Positions 1 to 12,328 of a stretch of DNA of 64,000 nucleotides are shown here, piece by piece. Position numbers and translations under genes: made by a program. Every line of letters begins with the position of its first letter. Positions within the stretch are counted from its first letter, which is position 1. The notes under the pieces are model-generated. The model did no database searches and had not been told where the DNA came from. It saw only the letters and a list, made by a program, of their open reading frames with translations. Origin of the DNA: Mayamaea pseudoterrestris (Eukaryota); assembly GCA_027923505.1 (NCBI GenBank), contig BROI01000002.1, forward strand, positions 310,001-374,000. Direction: 5' to 3'.

Positions 1-1089
1 CCTTGGCCGAGGCGCAAACGTGACAATGAACAAGACTCGAAGCGGTCCATTTGGATCGATATGAGCCTCCCCGCGATGCATCAATTGCTGATTGAGTAGC
101 GCGCCACTTCCAAGCGCCCAGTGATCACTCGAGCCCGACACTTGAAAACCATGTTCCGGACAATAGTCAAACACACCATCCGCACACATGTGACTTCCAG
201 GACATATTTCAGTCGCACCCATGGTTGATGTCACGTTTTGCAGCGGCACAAAGAGCGAGTAGGATGGCACAAAGGTGCGTGCCCACTTGGCGGCGTTTCC
301 TTCGGGAACGACATCGGCGTGGTAGCGTTGCGCCTTGGCACCGTAGGCACTCGTAATGCCGGTGAATTCAATGACTGCTGGATTTGGTCCAACGATTTTT
401 TCCAAACTGGCGACGAAAAAGTCGTTTGACAAGATTTCATGCAGTGCCTTTTGGATGCTTGGATCTTGGTCGACGCGCACGCCAAAGCTCCATCGATGCT
501 CATTTTCAATGACGTAAATCATGTCTTGATTCTTTTCGTTTTGTTGTAGAATAAAGTCTCGAACCTCGCTTGCTGTTGCTTCCGAAAGCAAGTTTGGATA
601 AATGGATGCTCCATGTTCCAGCATGTGATACATTGCATCACTGGGTGTCATGTTTTCGTAGTCGATTGTGAGTTGCGGAGTATCTGTTGCCGTCAAATCT
701 TCGACAGTACAAGTTCGATGGAAATACGTCAATTCACGCGACTTTCGTTCCTCCGTCATGAGTTGAAGGTCCATTTGAGGAGCAAGGTAGTTAATGTAGT
801 ATCGTTCCACGAGAAAGGTCGAGTAGTAGGCTGCGAATGTCAGCATGACAGGGCAATCGAGCAAGAGGAATTGCAGCAACATTGCTAAGATTGGCAAGAC
901 TCTTCGTGGAAGCCAATGTAGAGTTGTTACGGAGAATGTCGTAGCTGCTTCGCCATCAGCTTCGCTAAGCGCCACGGCTGACGGCTTCGCATTGTATTCC
1001 TTGGCTTGAGTCGCTGCAATCACGCCGTCCTCCTGCTTTTCCTCTTGCTTTTTGAATCCATCTCTTGCTTTTGAGTTTGGTCGCGTCAT
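1..1089 (-). CDS. PhyH-like Fe(II)/2-oxoglutarate dioxygenase with N-terminal hydrophobic segment; 3' end lies outside the window
   Basis: Not in the ORF track because it has no stop in the window. Manual translation from ATG 1089 is open to base 1: MTRPNSK...RVLPILAMLLQFLLLDCPVMLTF...QRYHADVVPEG...SLFVPLQNVTSTMGATEICPGSH...LMHRGEAHIDPNGPLRVLFIVTF. This shows the HxD...H facial triad and the G-x-T-x-x-x-PGSH motif of the PhyH family. Confidence 0.8.
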   Translation of the reverse strand, partial: MTRPNSKARDGFKKQEEKQEDGVIAATQAKEYNAKPSAVALSEADGEAATTFSVTTLHWLPRRVLPILAMLLQFLLLDCPVMLTFAAYYSTFLVERYYINYLAPQMDLQLMTEERKSRELTYFHRTCTVEDLTATDTPQLTIDYENMTPSDAMYHMLEHGASIYPNLLSEATASEVRDFILQQNEKNQDMIYVIENEHRWSFGVRVDQDPSIQKALHEILSNDFFVASLEKIVGPNPAVIEFTGITSAYGAKAQRYHADVVPEGNAAKWARTFVPSYSLFVPLQNVTSTMGATEICPGSHMCADGVFDYCPEHGFQVSGSSDHWALGSGALLNQQLMHRGEAHIDPNGPLRVLFIVTFAPRPR

Positions 1090-1690
1090 TGGAATTTAAC
1101 AGCCAGGTTAAAGAGGACTAGTATGGCTGGAAATGCAAGGCCATTTCGCCAAGTTTTGCTTCGTCGCAAACGATCCAAATGTCGTACTGGTTATCAATGC
1201 AAGGCAACTTTCCCGCGACTACCGGTACTTGTATTTCTATGGAGCGCGCAGCCTTTTATTTCGTCTTATATATTGATGAGACGGCTGCGACGGCACACGA
1301 TGAATTGGACAATGATTAATTATATCATCAGATGAGCAAATGAGTTTTCACTTATTAGCGAGGGCAGGACGGAACGCGGAACGAACCTGCGCGCCGCTGC
1401 CCAAAACATCCGCGCATGCATTTATCAGCGCAAGAGATTTGAACTTGCTCGGCAGAGTTATATATAATCTGAATTGTTTTCTTCTTCTGATCGACTACCC
1501 ATTGGTCTGCCAGCGGAATCTATTTCATTTTTCCCGTGGTGAGTTTCAGCGTCCAAACGAACGGCAATGACGAATCATGGCCGAGCGGCAACTAGAGCCT
1601 GCTGGAATACGGGAACCATATCAATCAGCGTATGTTACAAATGTTATAATATAACAATATCTATTCTATGTAGGCATGCATAATTTACTG

Positions 1691-4079
1691 CTATTGCTCT
1701 ATCCTTGCTCGCGAGTGTGCTTCGGCGCCTTCGTCGTCAAAGGCTGAACTGTCGTCAACAATTGGATTATCATCAAGGTCAACCAGCTCAATGTGCACAC
1801 TCTCAGTGTCATAATGCCCCTTTAGTCGCGATCGTCGTTTACGCAAGCCTCCTTCCTTTCTCTTCTTATGCAAGGCAGTAACGTACTCTGGTCGAACGAC
1901 TTCCTCGCCAGCTAGCAAGGCCAACCCACCATGAAAGCTTCGATCCAAACCGACAATCTCTTCCATGGCTTCGCTTCGAAACCATCCCTTCCAATCAAGA
2001 AACACAAAGAAAGGCAGCATGTTAATCAAGACCCAGCCAATAATGAAAAGGATGCCACACAGTTGTGCGCCCAAAAGTGTTGCATCGGACCCACTACCAG
2101 ACGTTAACGTATAGAACCACCCTGGATGTCGAGCGTGGTTGTACGCTTTTTGAAGGTAATCGGGTGATGCAAGCAAGCCGACGGATATTAGTCCCCAACA
2201 TCCGCTCACCATGTGGACCGGTATGGCTGCGTCAACAAGGTGGAAGGCAAAGTGAGATTAAAAAGAAAACTTCGCTCATTTCCTAATCGCAAACACATTA
2301 TAGCACGAACCATCCACGGCATCATCGACCCGGAACCGTAAAAGCGTCTTTGACGAAAAGCTGTACAACAATCCAGCGACAAACCCAGTAATGACGGCCG
2401 CCCATGGTTCCATGACTCCACAGCCAGCAGTTCTGTGGCCGCGATAATCGTTACAAATGCAAATGGAATGGGTGAGTAAAGTTACATGATCCTCCTTCTA
2501 CACTCAACTTTTCCGTCTTGTTACTAACATTGCCGCCAATCCACAGAGCGATCCAAGCATGGCATATCTCAGGTCGAAAAAGGGCTCTCCCGTCGTGCGA
2601 TCCAAGTAGCGGTAGTGCCATAGCAGCGACGTGATTCCAGCCGTTCCTCCACTCAGCACCGTATTCACCCCCGTCAACGACACCAGCGTAAACCCTCGAT
2701 CACGATCTCCCATGAGCGCTGATCCCATGTTGAAGCCGATCCAGCCAAACCACAGTATTATGCTGCAAGATATAGAGTAGGAGTGAGTGATTTGGTCAAG
2801 TCGAACGAAAACGCGACGGCTCCACCAACAAGACACTTGCTCAATCATCAACAAATCATCAACAAAAACACCATTATACAGCAGCAACACATGTACGCAC
2901 GTTCCAAGCATTTGCAGCGACATGTCATGCCCGGGAAATTCATTGGCCTTGTTTAACCTTCGTCCCGTTTCGTCGTGAAAGCGCCCGCGCCGCGGACCAA
3001 GTATCACCGTGGCAATCAAAGCCGTCACGCCGCCCGTCAAGTGCACCACACCAGCGCCGGCAAAGTCCACCATGCCAACGCCAAAGAGTGGAGCGTGAAA
3101 CGAAAAAGTGCTGCTGTTGCTGTCGTTATTGATTGTTACGTTGGCATTTGCAGTAGCCCTACTCACGTCATCATAGTATTCATTCAACACAAACTCGTTC
3201 CAACTATCGTTATAGGGACTCAACCATCCGTTGCGGCTCCAAACGGCGTGCGCCACGATTGGGTACACCCAGCCCGCCAAGACGAGCGCATACAACAGGT
3301 AGGCTGTCATTTGGCACCGCTCGGCCAGCGTTCCGGCGATAATGGTGGTGGAGGCAGCGCCAAAGCTGCATTGAAAGAACCATAGTATGTAGTTGGATGG
3401 ATCAAGGTCAATGAGAAAAAAGTTGGCGTGGCCCATGAATGTGGTTGTTGGATGTATCGTCGTCATTGACGTAACTGTTCCATTCAAATGATCATGTTGA
3501 ACAAATGCTACTGGATTGTTGCTGGCATTGCCAGAGTCACCGCCAAAGGCCAGTGCGTAACCCAGCACGTACCACGCCAAAGCGGCGCCCGAAACATCCA
3601 GCAGATTCTTGAGCAGCGTGTTTTGCAAATTCTTGCGCCGGACGGCGCCTGCGCACAGCATGCAAAAGCCAGCCTGCATGAACCACACTAATGCGGCTAT
3701 ATATTGTATATGTGCAGACGATTGAATGAAAGGAATAAGTTGGATGAACAAGTGGCTCATTTGTTTGACATTAACACCTTCTCCTCACTCTGTCAACGCA
3801 CGTACCGCATAGTATCAAGGCCACCGAGTGAATAAACTCTCGATTGGAAATGTTCGTTGTCATGGAATTTTGATTGGCATATCGAAATTCGTTATTGTCG
3901 TTGTCGCTACCGGTTGGACTCGCACGGTCCAGCAAGGCGTTTGCCACGCACTCCAGCATGCCAATCGTCGCGTTGACACTAGAATCACTTGACTGCTGCT
4001 GCTGTTTTAAACACCAATCATGTAGATTGTCACGTCGCTGCGAGTTGATGGAGCGTGACCAGAGTTGTGACGGTGGCAT
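1691..4079 (-). CDS. AMT1: Ammonium transporter (Amt/Mep/Rh family), 5 exons
   Basis: Motifs FMQAGF, TIIAGTLAER, YPIVAHAVWS, DFAGAGVVHLTGG, GPRRGRF, LWFGWIGFN, DDAVDAIPVH (twin His). GT-AG introns at about 3697-3805, 2763-2900, 2433-2529 and 2227-2310 join the ORF fragments. Confidence 0.93.
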
Positions 4080-4583
4080 CTTGATTGGGTATTGCAGGAA
4101 GTAGCAGCAATTAGCCGGTAGCGGTAGCAGCAATTGCAGATATTCTAGTGAACAGGTCTCTTATAGCGACTTGCAAGGAGACAGTGAAAAATATGAACAG
4201 TTTAACAGTAGCGATAGCAAGTTGTTTTTACAAGTCGAAGCGATGCGAAACGATAATGAATGGAAGGCCCTTGGACCGCGAGCGTGAAAGAGGTGCAGTT
4301 TCAAACGTGACCCGACGCGCATGAATTTGAAAATGACTGGTGCAGTATGCGGTAGAGTGTACAAGCGGTCATTTTCAGTCACACTTGTCGTGGAAACTCC
4401 ACCAGCTGACGTGGAGTGTCACGTCTATGTCACGCTACGACGGTGCGGCGAAACCACACGTTTCGCACCACATGAAAGGATCCGATATGCGCAAATTGCA
4501 AACGCAAGGATTGTTTCACATTCTACGAAAGATACGCCTTTCTGCCGCTCCATCTACATACACTCCATTCTATCGCTGTCACC

Positions 4584-6314
4584 ATGTCATTATTCGTTTG
4601 CGAAATATCAGGCGAAACTGCTACCAGCAGCGAGCAAATGGTGGTGACGCCATCCGGACATGTTTGCACGAAGCGATTGCTCGTTGCCAAGCTACGTGAA
4701 AACGGTGGAGTTGATCCCTTTAATGAACGAACACTACACGAAGATGACTTGATTCCATTGGCGACAAGCAGTAGCAGTAGCAGCAATAAATCAATAATTC
4801 CTCCGCCCCGCCCCACTGCTTCCACCAGCTACACGCACATGCTCGAGCTGCTGCAGACGGAATACGACGCCGTCGTTTTGGAGCTGTTTGACACGCGTCA
4901 GGCGCTGCAGTCGACGCGGCAGGAGTTGTCGCAATCCTTGTACCAACACGACGCGGCAATGCGAGTCATTGCGCGACTGTTGAAAGAAAAGGATTTGTAC
5001 AAGAGTCAATTGATGGAACTGCAAGTGAGTGGAGTTGCGACTAGTGAACAAGTGCAGCAGCAAGAGTCACTCGCGACCAAGCGCCATCACGAGGAGGAAA
5101 CTGCTGCAGCTGCATTGGAGCAACCGTCCGCCAAGAAGCAAAAGACTGGGAGCGCCAAGGATGACGACGCTGATGCCTCCGCAATTGACCAAGCACAGTT
5201 ACCACTCGACGGAAACATTCCAGACTCCGACTTGACTCAAATGGTGACAGCCTGGCAAGGTTTGCACCAGGGACGCAAAGCGATTCAAAAGATAGCAGCG
5301 GCGGCGGCCCCAAGTGTGGAGCAGTTGAACAGTCTTGCGAAAGACGTTACTGTGGCCATGCACAAGACGTCGTGCAAGCAAATGACAGCCATGACAGTTG
5401 CGAGTGCATCAGGTACAGCCCACATTGTGACGGCTGGCGCCGACAAGCAAGTCCTGTGCTACGACGCAGCTTCGAAAGCGGTTGTTTGGAGCATTCCCAA
5501 GACGCAAGCCTCGTATTTGAGTTACCAGCCGAGCAGCAGCAGCAGCAACACTGGCGCGGAGCAGGAGCGTCCCAGTGTATTGGCGACTGGTCACGGCAAG
5601 CTGCTCAGTTTCTACAATATATCATCTAGTGGAGACGTTTCCAATCCAGTTGTTGCCACGACGCTGGAATCCATTGTCAGCGTGCAGCTGCATCCCGACA
5701 AGAATCATGTTATGGTGGGCACGTTGCATGTTTTGCTGCTCTATCGCATCCAGACAGCAGCAGCGAATGATGATGAGCAAGATGATGCTTCGCTGGTGCA
5801 CGTTTCCAGCTTTGGTCAGGAAGAAGATGGTTTCGAAATGACGTGCGGCTGCCTTCATCCGGACGGACTCATTTACATTTGTGGAACGAGCGATGGAAAC
5901 TTGCAAATTTGGGACTTGAAGAATAAGTGTTTGGGTGGAACGCTGGTGGCTGCAAATAGTAGCGATAGTAGTAGCAGTGTGACTCACGTTGGCATTTCCG
6001 AAAATGGTTACCACATTGCGTCAACGAACGCCAGTGGCGTCGTGACTGTGTGGGACTTGCGCAAGCAAGCCATTGTGGCGACGCTCAACGACCAAGACGA
6101 GGCTGATCGACTGGAAAGTGTTTCATCCACAAGCTTTGATCCAAGCGGCAAGTACTTGGCGTATGGCGGATCGACTGGTTTGCGAGTGTGCATGGTCAAG
6201 GAGTGGAAGATCAAGGCGTCGTATGAAATTGCCGCAGACTACCTGGGCTGGGCTGGTGCGGCGACGATTGTGGCGGCTGGAAAGAAGGGTCGGCTAGTTC
6301 ACTTGCTCGAGTAA
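4584..6314 (+). CDS. PRP19: Pre-mRNA-processing factor 19 (U-box, coiled coil, WD40)
   Basis: N-terminal U-box (CEISGE...VVTPSGHV...GGVDP), Prp19 coiled coil (LQTEYDAVVLELFDTRQALQSTRQELSQSLYQHDAAMRVIARL), WD40 repeats (HPDGLIY, QIWDLK, SENGYHIAS, FDPSGKYLA). Confidence 0.95.
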   Translation: MSLFVCEISGETATSSEQMVVTPSGHVCTKRLLVAKLRENGGVDPFNERTLHEDDLIPLATSSSSSSNKSIIPPPRPTASTSYTHMLELLQTEYDAVVLELFDTRQALQSTRQELSQSLYQHDAAMRVIARLLKEKDLYKSQLMELQVSGVATSEQVQQQESLATKRHHEEETAAAALEQPSAKKQKTGSAKDDDADASAIDQAQLPLDGNIPDSDLTQMVTAWQGLHQGRKAIQKIAAAAAPSVEQLNSLAKDVTVAMHKTSCKQMTAMTVASASGTAHIVTAGADKQVLCYDAASKAVVWSIPKTQASYLSYQPSSSSSNTGAEQERPSVLATGHGKLLSFYNISSSGDVSNPVVATTLESIVSVQLHPDKNHVMVGTLHVLLLYRIQTAAANDDEQDDASLVHVSSFGQEEDGFEMTCGCLHPDGLIYICGTSDGNLQIWDLKNKCLGGTLVAANSSDSSSSVTHVGISENGYHIASTNASGVVTVWDLRKQAIVATLNDQDEADRLESVSSTSFDPSGKYLAYGGSTGLRVCMVKEWKIKASYEIAADYLGWAGAATIVAAGKKGRLVHLLE

Positions 6315-6800
6315 AAATGTAGATGGATGGGTTGTGTAAAAATCTATGTATAACGACTGTCAAACTATCGAATTAGCTGCCGTGGCAGTTTTTATTATGA
6401 TAATGTCGCGAACCTTGACGCCAACTTAAGCATTAGGGAGAAGAAGAACGGCTGCATCGCAAGCAGCTGCTGCTGTAAGGCTTGTAATTAATGCAGCAGC
6501 AATATCATGTAATCGAGTGCTATGACGAAACGTTAAAAAAAGACGGATCTATTCAAGCTAAAGAGATGCGATGCGAAAAGTCCTGCCGCTAGCAGCAATA
6601 GCAACGCGGAACGACGCGCTAAGAACAATCTCCACTTTACCGTAGTACTTCCAAGATGAGCTAATGCTCCAATTTTTAGCTTATTTTGTTGCAACTATGA
6701 GCTTGAAATATACTTTATATTATGTTGCTCTAATGTAGCTCTAGTACAGCACAACAAGGAGTCATATGGTACACTATACCCGAGCATTGGTGGCGCTTGC

Positions 6801-8108
6801 TTACAAAACCAACAGAACCGCCATGCTTCCAAACATCATCAAAACAGTGCCACCAATTATGGTGCTACCACTGCTATCATCAAGGTTGGCGGTGCCAGAG
6901 GTGCTGCTGCTGGTTGGTTGCGAGTTGCCGCCACCAGCAGGCTGTCCGCCTCCACCTTGTTGTTGTTGCTTCGGCGCGTCCGTTGGACGCGGTTGTGAAT
7001 TTGGACTCACAGTCGGCATGAAGGTGTTTTGAGACTGACATGAAGTGGCATCCGCGGACGTACAAGTGGGATTGTTGCCATCAAGCGCGGACGCCGTCAA
7101 AAATTGTCCCGACAAGGGACAGATGCTACCACCAGAATTCGTTTGAAAATTACCCGACAACGTAAGTTCAGGATTGTAGCTCAAAATTGGAGCGGGTCCA
7201 ACCGTATTGTCTTTGAAGCAACTGTTCTTTATTGCAAGTGGGCCACTAGTCTCGACGAGCGAGCTTGTGGATTTTGACTGTCGGTCGGAAGCGAACGGGC
7301 CGGGCGTTAGCGACAACAATTGAAGAAGAATATAATTTACCCACTTAAAATACTTACGATATAACTGTCAGAAACCATGGTGTTGTTGGTAAACTCACAA
7401 TTGTCAAATTGAAGGCGGTTGTTCATGCCATTGCCAACGACAAGGGTTGGCTCCGCCGGAGGTGCAGAGTGAGCGTTGCTCACGAAATCCGTGTGGTCAA
7501 AGGTGACAATCAGCTCGTCGGATCCGTCGGCCGAGCTATAGTCTACCATCACTGTCGATAAGGCTTCCGTATGTTCTCGAAACTCACAGTCTTGAAACAA
7601 GACACTTCCGGGCTTGGTGATCCATACGCTATGTTTCGCAGCCCCCTCAAAGGTAAGGCCGGCAATTTTCACGTTTTGGACCGTAAGGTTGGAGGCGACG
7701 CCAAAGAACGGCGTTCCATCAACATGCACACTTCCTCCACGAATGACGCAGGAGTTTTCGCGAACTCCATCGTCTCCACACTTGACTACCAGGTTTGGTC
7801 GCGCGTGTATCATTTCTATTATGGATAATTGATTCGCAGTCAGTCAGCAAATTTCATGGAACGACGAGTCAAAAGCCAGCCAACACATCGCACTCCGTCT
7901 TACCTGTTCCATTTTGAACAACATTGTCGTAGTCAAGCGTACCCACGTCAAATACATTGTTGGGGCACAAAATATACTCTCGTTCCACAGAAAAGTCGGT
8001 CACGGTGCTTTCCAAACTCTCCATGGTGTCGAGCGAAAGAATGCATGCGTGAGCTCCTAGGAACACACACGATAACGTGAATGTTATTAGTAAAGATTGC
8101 AGATTCAT
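6801..8108 (-). CDS. Secreted, probably GPI-anchored, Cys-containing protein of unknown function; 3 exons
   Basis: Signal peptide MNLQSLLITFTLSCVFLGAHA; YILCPN and CGDDGVRENSCVIRGG motifs; P/T/S/G-rich stalk; hydrophobic C-terminus. Introns 7816-7903 and 7278-7357 keep the frame. Confidence 0.75.
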
Positions 8109-8651
8109 CGTTGCCTTGTCTTTTGTTGAAGTGGAAAAGTGCAACAGGCCACGGCAAAAATATGTTGGTTTTCGTTCGGAAGTCTTGTGGTGAATTGTGG
8201 TGGATCGTCATTCGCTCCCGGTCGACAATTTCAGTGTGAGTGCCGGCAGGCACGCTCGCTCAACGTCAAGCCAGTCGTACATTCATTTTGGCGACGGATT
8301 CCGAGCTACAGTACAGTGTGATAGCTGTCAATGAAAGCACCTTTCGCACAAAACATCAGCCAGCAAATATAGACGGGTGTAATAGGCTTTTCATATTGTT
8401 TCTGTGGCAAGTATAGCTATTGGTAAGCATTGGACAAGCCCCTCCTTGTCGAACTTAACTTACTGTTCGTACGTACAAGTATGTACCGGTACGGTACGGT
8501 ACGAACGAATGAAGGTCACGGTCATTACCGCTCCGACAACGCGAGGATTAACCGCTGCGACACTCAAAACCGCCAACCGTTGCGTGCATCCACGGCAACG
8601 AGCCACCATGGCAGCACAAGCCAACAACATCATTGTCATCAACTCATCACC

Positions 8652-9890
8652 ATGGTCCGTCTGTTTGGTCGCTCGTTTGGACCCACGTCGTCCAAGGGAA
8701 ACGGTTCTCGTCATGCTAATACTAATCGCAAGAATAACAATGGCAGCAGCAGCAGTAGTATTAGCGCCATGAATGTTACCAACAACAATCCGCAGCAGCA
8801 GCAGCAGCAGCAGCAGTCGCAAACTCCATTAAGCACTACAAAAAAGAAGCGTCTTCTGAAACCATGTTTGACGCCCCAGGAGCTGCGCGAGCATCATCCC
8901 ATGTTTCAGTACGCCATGGACGAGTACGCGCAAACAATCTCCCATGTCAGTAGTGACGAGAATGACATACTAGTGGACGAAGATGAGCAGCAGCACGACT
9001 ATGAAGCAAATACAGCAGCAGAGTCATCGCAAGCGTCAGCAGCAATTCCTCCTCCATCGCGTCAGCAATATTCCAAGCAGCAACAATATTATTCTCATTC
9101 CGATAGAAAAACGACGACGGCTGCTAAGGACAACTCGTCAGCATATTCATTATTATATTACTACGAGGAACGCTACGGCCCCGCCTACACGGGCGGAACG
9201 CTGTCCTACGTTTATCCGCAGGGCTACCAAAGCATGCGTCCACGGTCGGCGCCCTGGAAGCTCAGCATGATTGTCTTTGTGCTGTTTACCTGGTTGTCCG
9301 TGTTTATTGTTGGACATTGCAGTAGCGACAATAGCACGTATGTTGGTAATAATGCTGCTGCAAGTTACAGCGATTACAACAATGCAGCAGCAGCTGACGA
9401 TGCTGCGGCTGCCACTTATGACGATGCTGCTTCCAGCTCGTTCTACAACAACAATCAAGACGTCAACTACTACAATGCCCGCTGGTGCGGATCGAAACCG
9501 CTGTATGGCTTGTGGGTGGCCAGCATGCTCATTACCGGCCTGTCGGCCAGCTACTGCGGCATTATTGGATACATCAAAGTGCGAGACTTTGCAGTGGCCA
9601 ATGTGCGATCGCAGCCGGGGTGGACTTGTGACAATGCTTCAGGTGGGGACGACTGTCATGCGCTCAAGAGCGACTACTATGTACGCATTGCCAATCATGG
9701 TCATTCGTATGAGAGCAGTCGACCTGCTGCTGCTGCAAGTCACTACCACAACAGCCATTCGTCGTCGTCCACGAGCAGCCAGTCCTATCAATACCATCCA
9801 AGCATTTACCAGGCGGATGGAACGCCGCAGTTTTGGGGTGCGCACATTTACAGGCCCACGCAGGCGGCCGTGGCAGTGACGAGTCGGTAG
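8652..9890 (+). CDS. Hypothetical two-TM membrane protein with low-complexity (polyQ, Y/N/D-rich) regions
   Basis: Long ORF; probable start ACC-ATG at 8652 (MVRLFGRS). Hydrophobic segments IVFVLFTWLSVFIVG and LWVASMLITGLSASYCGIIGYI. Confidence 0.7.
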   Translation: MVRLFGRSFGPTSSKGNGSRHANTNRKNNNGSSSSSISAMNVTNNNPQQQQQQQQSQTPLSTTKKKRLLKPCLTPQELREHHPMFQYAMDEYAQTISHVSSDENDILVDEDEQQHDYEANTAAESSQASAAIPPPSRQQYSKQQQYYSHSDRKTTTAAKDNSSAYSLLYYYEERYGPAYTGGTLSYVYPQGYQSMRPRSAPWKLSMIVFVLFTWLSVFIVGHCSSDNSTYVGNNAAASYSDYNNAAAADDAAAATYDDAASSSFYNNNQDVNYYNARWCGSKPLYGLWVASMLITGLSASYCGIIGYIKVRDFAVANVRSQPGWTCDNASGGDDCHALKSDYYVRIANHGHSYESSRPAAAASHYHNSHSSSSTSSQSYQYHPSIYQADGTPQFWGAHIYRPTQAAVAVTSR

Positions 9891-10072
9891 TTGGTGCTGA
9901 TGCTAAGGCTGTATAAAGATGACATTATTGCGGGATGGAACGCAACGCTGGCGACATTGACGAAGTGACATTAGACATAGTACTAGTGGATTTTTGATTA
10001 ACGCAGTTGCAAAATGCGAAAACAACAAAGTATATCTGTATCAGTAGAAAAGTGTTACAAGTCCTTATATTA

Positions 10073-11989
10073 TTACTCTGTTGCTGGCATTTGCTTGTCG
10101 TCCGTCACATTCGCAAGTTCGTCATCGCCGTCAACACCATCTTCCTCATCAACTTGCTCCATTTCGCCAACGACGCCCATGTCAATCTCTGCCAGACCTT
10201 GCTCCAGAGCTGACAATTCCTCCGCCCACTCGGCTTCGTCGTCGTCATTATCCAACTGCACATTGGGAGGCGCAACGTCACCCAACAAGCCCATGCGCAT
10301 GGCCGACTCCTCCAACACAGCCGTCTTTTTACCTTGATCGCGACGACGACGCCGCTCCTTGGCCTTGGACGTCCGCTTGCTTCCATTTGAAGCTTGGTCC
10401 GCCGTTCCGCCAATAATTTCGCCATCCATGTCAATATCCGCCAACGCGGCCGCCGCTGCAACTCCCTTGATCTTTTTCACCAACACAACGTCAGGCAAGA
10501 TCACATTGGAGTGTAGCGCCTTGGTCAACAGCTCGTCATGCTGCACGGCCGTCGATTGCAGCAAATCGTAACCAAGCACAACGTCGCCCGGTTGCAGCAA
10601 TACGCCCAAATGTGACACGGTGGTCAACACGTGGTCGCCAGTGCCGTGCGCGCGAACGACTTGCACGTCGGCCAAGACGAACCGCTTGTTGTATTGAGCA
10701 TTGTTGTTGCGGTGTGTCTTGTGGCTCGTTGTTGCGACGGAGGCAGACGTTACCGACGCGTCGTCGTCATGTGCATTGGTCGGCTGCTGCTCATGCCGCC
10801 TTGTGCGCTCCTCGTTCCACAGTTCGACATCCAGTACGATAAACTCGACAAGTTGCTGGTAGCTTTGCAACACACAAAAGGCCTTTTCATGCTTGTAGTA
10901 GGCTTCCTGCGACACGTACTCGGGTTGCAACTCGCCATTGCTATTCTTGAGTCGCGCCTTGGTCGGACTCGCATCCAAACAGTGAATCGCTCCGGCGCCC
11001 AGTCGATGCACCAGCGCCACTCTGCCACTCAACACGCCCAAACTAGTTGCCGTCTTGTGAATGACAATCAAGTCATGCCGACACAGTGGCACCAGTTCGC
11101 ACAGCAGCGTGTACTTGACATTGGCCGTGGCGTTGCTCACGTCTTCGCTGACCATTTTGCTCGTCGTGCTGACGCGCAGCGGCAAAATCTTGGTCAAGCC
11201 GGCGCAAAATAGTTGCGCCTGGCGATGTGCGCCAAAGTAAAAGTCAAATCCTTGTGACACGGAATCAATCTGCAAGACGTTTTGCCGGAGTGAAGCGTTT
11301 TTTGCCAGCGCCATTTCCAGCAGCGCCAGTGTATTCGTGGAAGCAGCTGCATTGTGAAAGACGCGCTTTTGCCGTACCTGCACAATGGCCTGCCAGGTTC
11401 GATGCGTGTACTCGCGGTTGCAGTCCGGGCATTGACTCCACTGAATTTTCAGAAAAGTTTGTAGGCGCTGCTGCAGCGTCACGTTCTGCACCGTCGTGCG
11501 CACCGTGAGGAGCAGTTTGAGGCGCATGCTGTGCGGCTCGGTCCAAACAAAGCAAGCGTCCATTAATTGAATCTTGCCGTACTGGACCGAGTGATTACTT
11601 GATGTATGTTGCTGCAGCGCCGGAATTTGCTTGAGGCAGAGCGCCAAGAGCTCCGGACTCTCCATGTCGCAACTAACGTATTTGGTGGGTGTGCGTTGAA
11701 ACTTGCGACACTTGCGGCACTGGTGTATGGTCACGTGATCAGCGTTGCCGGGACCTTTTTGTAAAATGCTTTGCAGATTGAACGATTGTGACAGACAAGT
11801 GGAACATTGGTTGGCAGCATTGGGGTAAATGAGCGAGCCGCACAAGCAGCATGGAATTTGAACACTCGTCTTTTTTGTTAGTGTAGAGGCTGGAAAGAAT
11901 GGAGCTTCTGATGTAGTAGCGGGAGTAGTAGCTGGAGCATTCATTGCAGTTGTCGTTGAAGCAGTATTGCTGTTGTTGCTGTCTGCCAT
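10073..11989 (-). CDS. NMD3: 60S ribosomal export adaptor NMD3
   Basis: Four CxxC pairs (CCLCGSLIYPNAANQCSTC, CRKC, CPDC), FVWTEPHSMRLKL, WQAIVQVRQK, GFDFYF, SHLGVLLQPGDVVLGYD, LPDVVLVKK. Confidence 0.95.
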   Translation of the reverse strand: MADSNNSNTASTTTAMNAPATTPATTSEAPFFPASTLTKKTSVQIPCCLCGSLIYPNAANQCSTCLSQSFNLQSILQKGPGNADHVTIHQCRKCRKFQRTPTKYVSCDMESPELLALCLKQIPALQQHTSSNHSVQYGKIQLMDACFVWTEPHSMRLKLLLTVRTTVQNVTLQQRLQTFLKIQWSQCPDCNREYTHRTWQAIVQVRQKRVFHNAAASTNTLALLEMALAKNASLRQNVLQIDSVSQGFDFYFGAHRQAQLFCAGLTKILPLRVSTTSKMVSEDVSNATANVKYTLLCELVPLCRHDLIVIHKTATSLGVLSGRVALVHRLGAGAIHCLDASPTKARLKNSNGELQPEYVSQEAYYKHEKAFCVLQSYQQLVEFIVLDVELWNEERTRRHEQQPTNAHDDDASVTSASVATTSHKTHRNNNAQYNKRFVLADVQVVRAHGTGDHVLTTVSHLGVLLQPGDVVLGYDLLQSTAVQHDELLTKALHSNVILPDVVLVKKIKGVAAAAALADIDMDGEIIGGTADQASNGSKRTSKAKERRRRRDQGKKTAVLEESAMRMGLLGDVAPPNVQLDNDDDEAEWAEELSALEQGLAEIDMGVVGEMEQVDEEDGVDGDDELANVTDDKQMPATE

Positions 11990-12328
11990 GATGATAATGA
12001 TGCCTTGCGATGATTCGTCGCGGCGTCTCGATTTATTTTGTGATGGGTTGCCATGTCATGGTGGAAACGGATCGCGCGCGAAACGTGACGAGGAGGATGT
12101 TCGTCGAAGCGTGACTTGACTGTGGTGCAGAGTGTAAAGCTCACGTCTGGAAAACTTCAATCACATCGGAGCGGTAATCAAGCTCTCGTTAGACCCGTTA
12201 CGACATTATCAAGCCACTGTCCGCCACGCGTGGGTTCACCATGGCGAAACGCAGCAGCTTATTGATGCTCTCGCTTGCTGCTGTAGAGCGATAAGAACAA
12301 CACTAACATTCATGCAATAAAGAATCAA

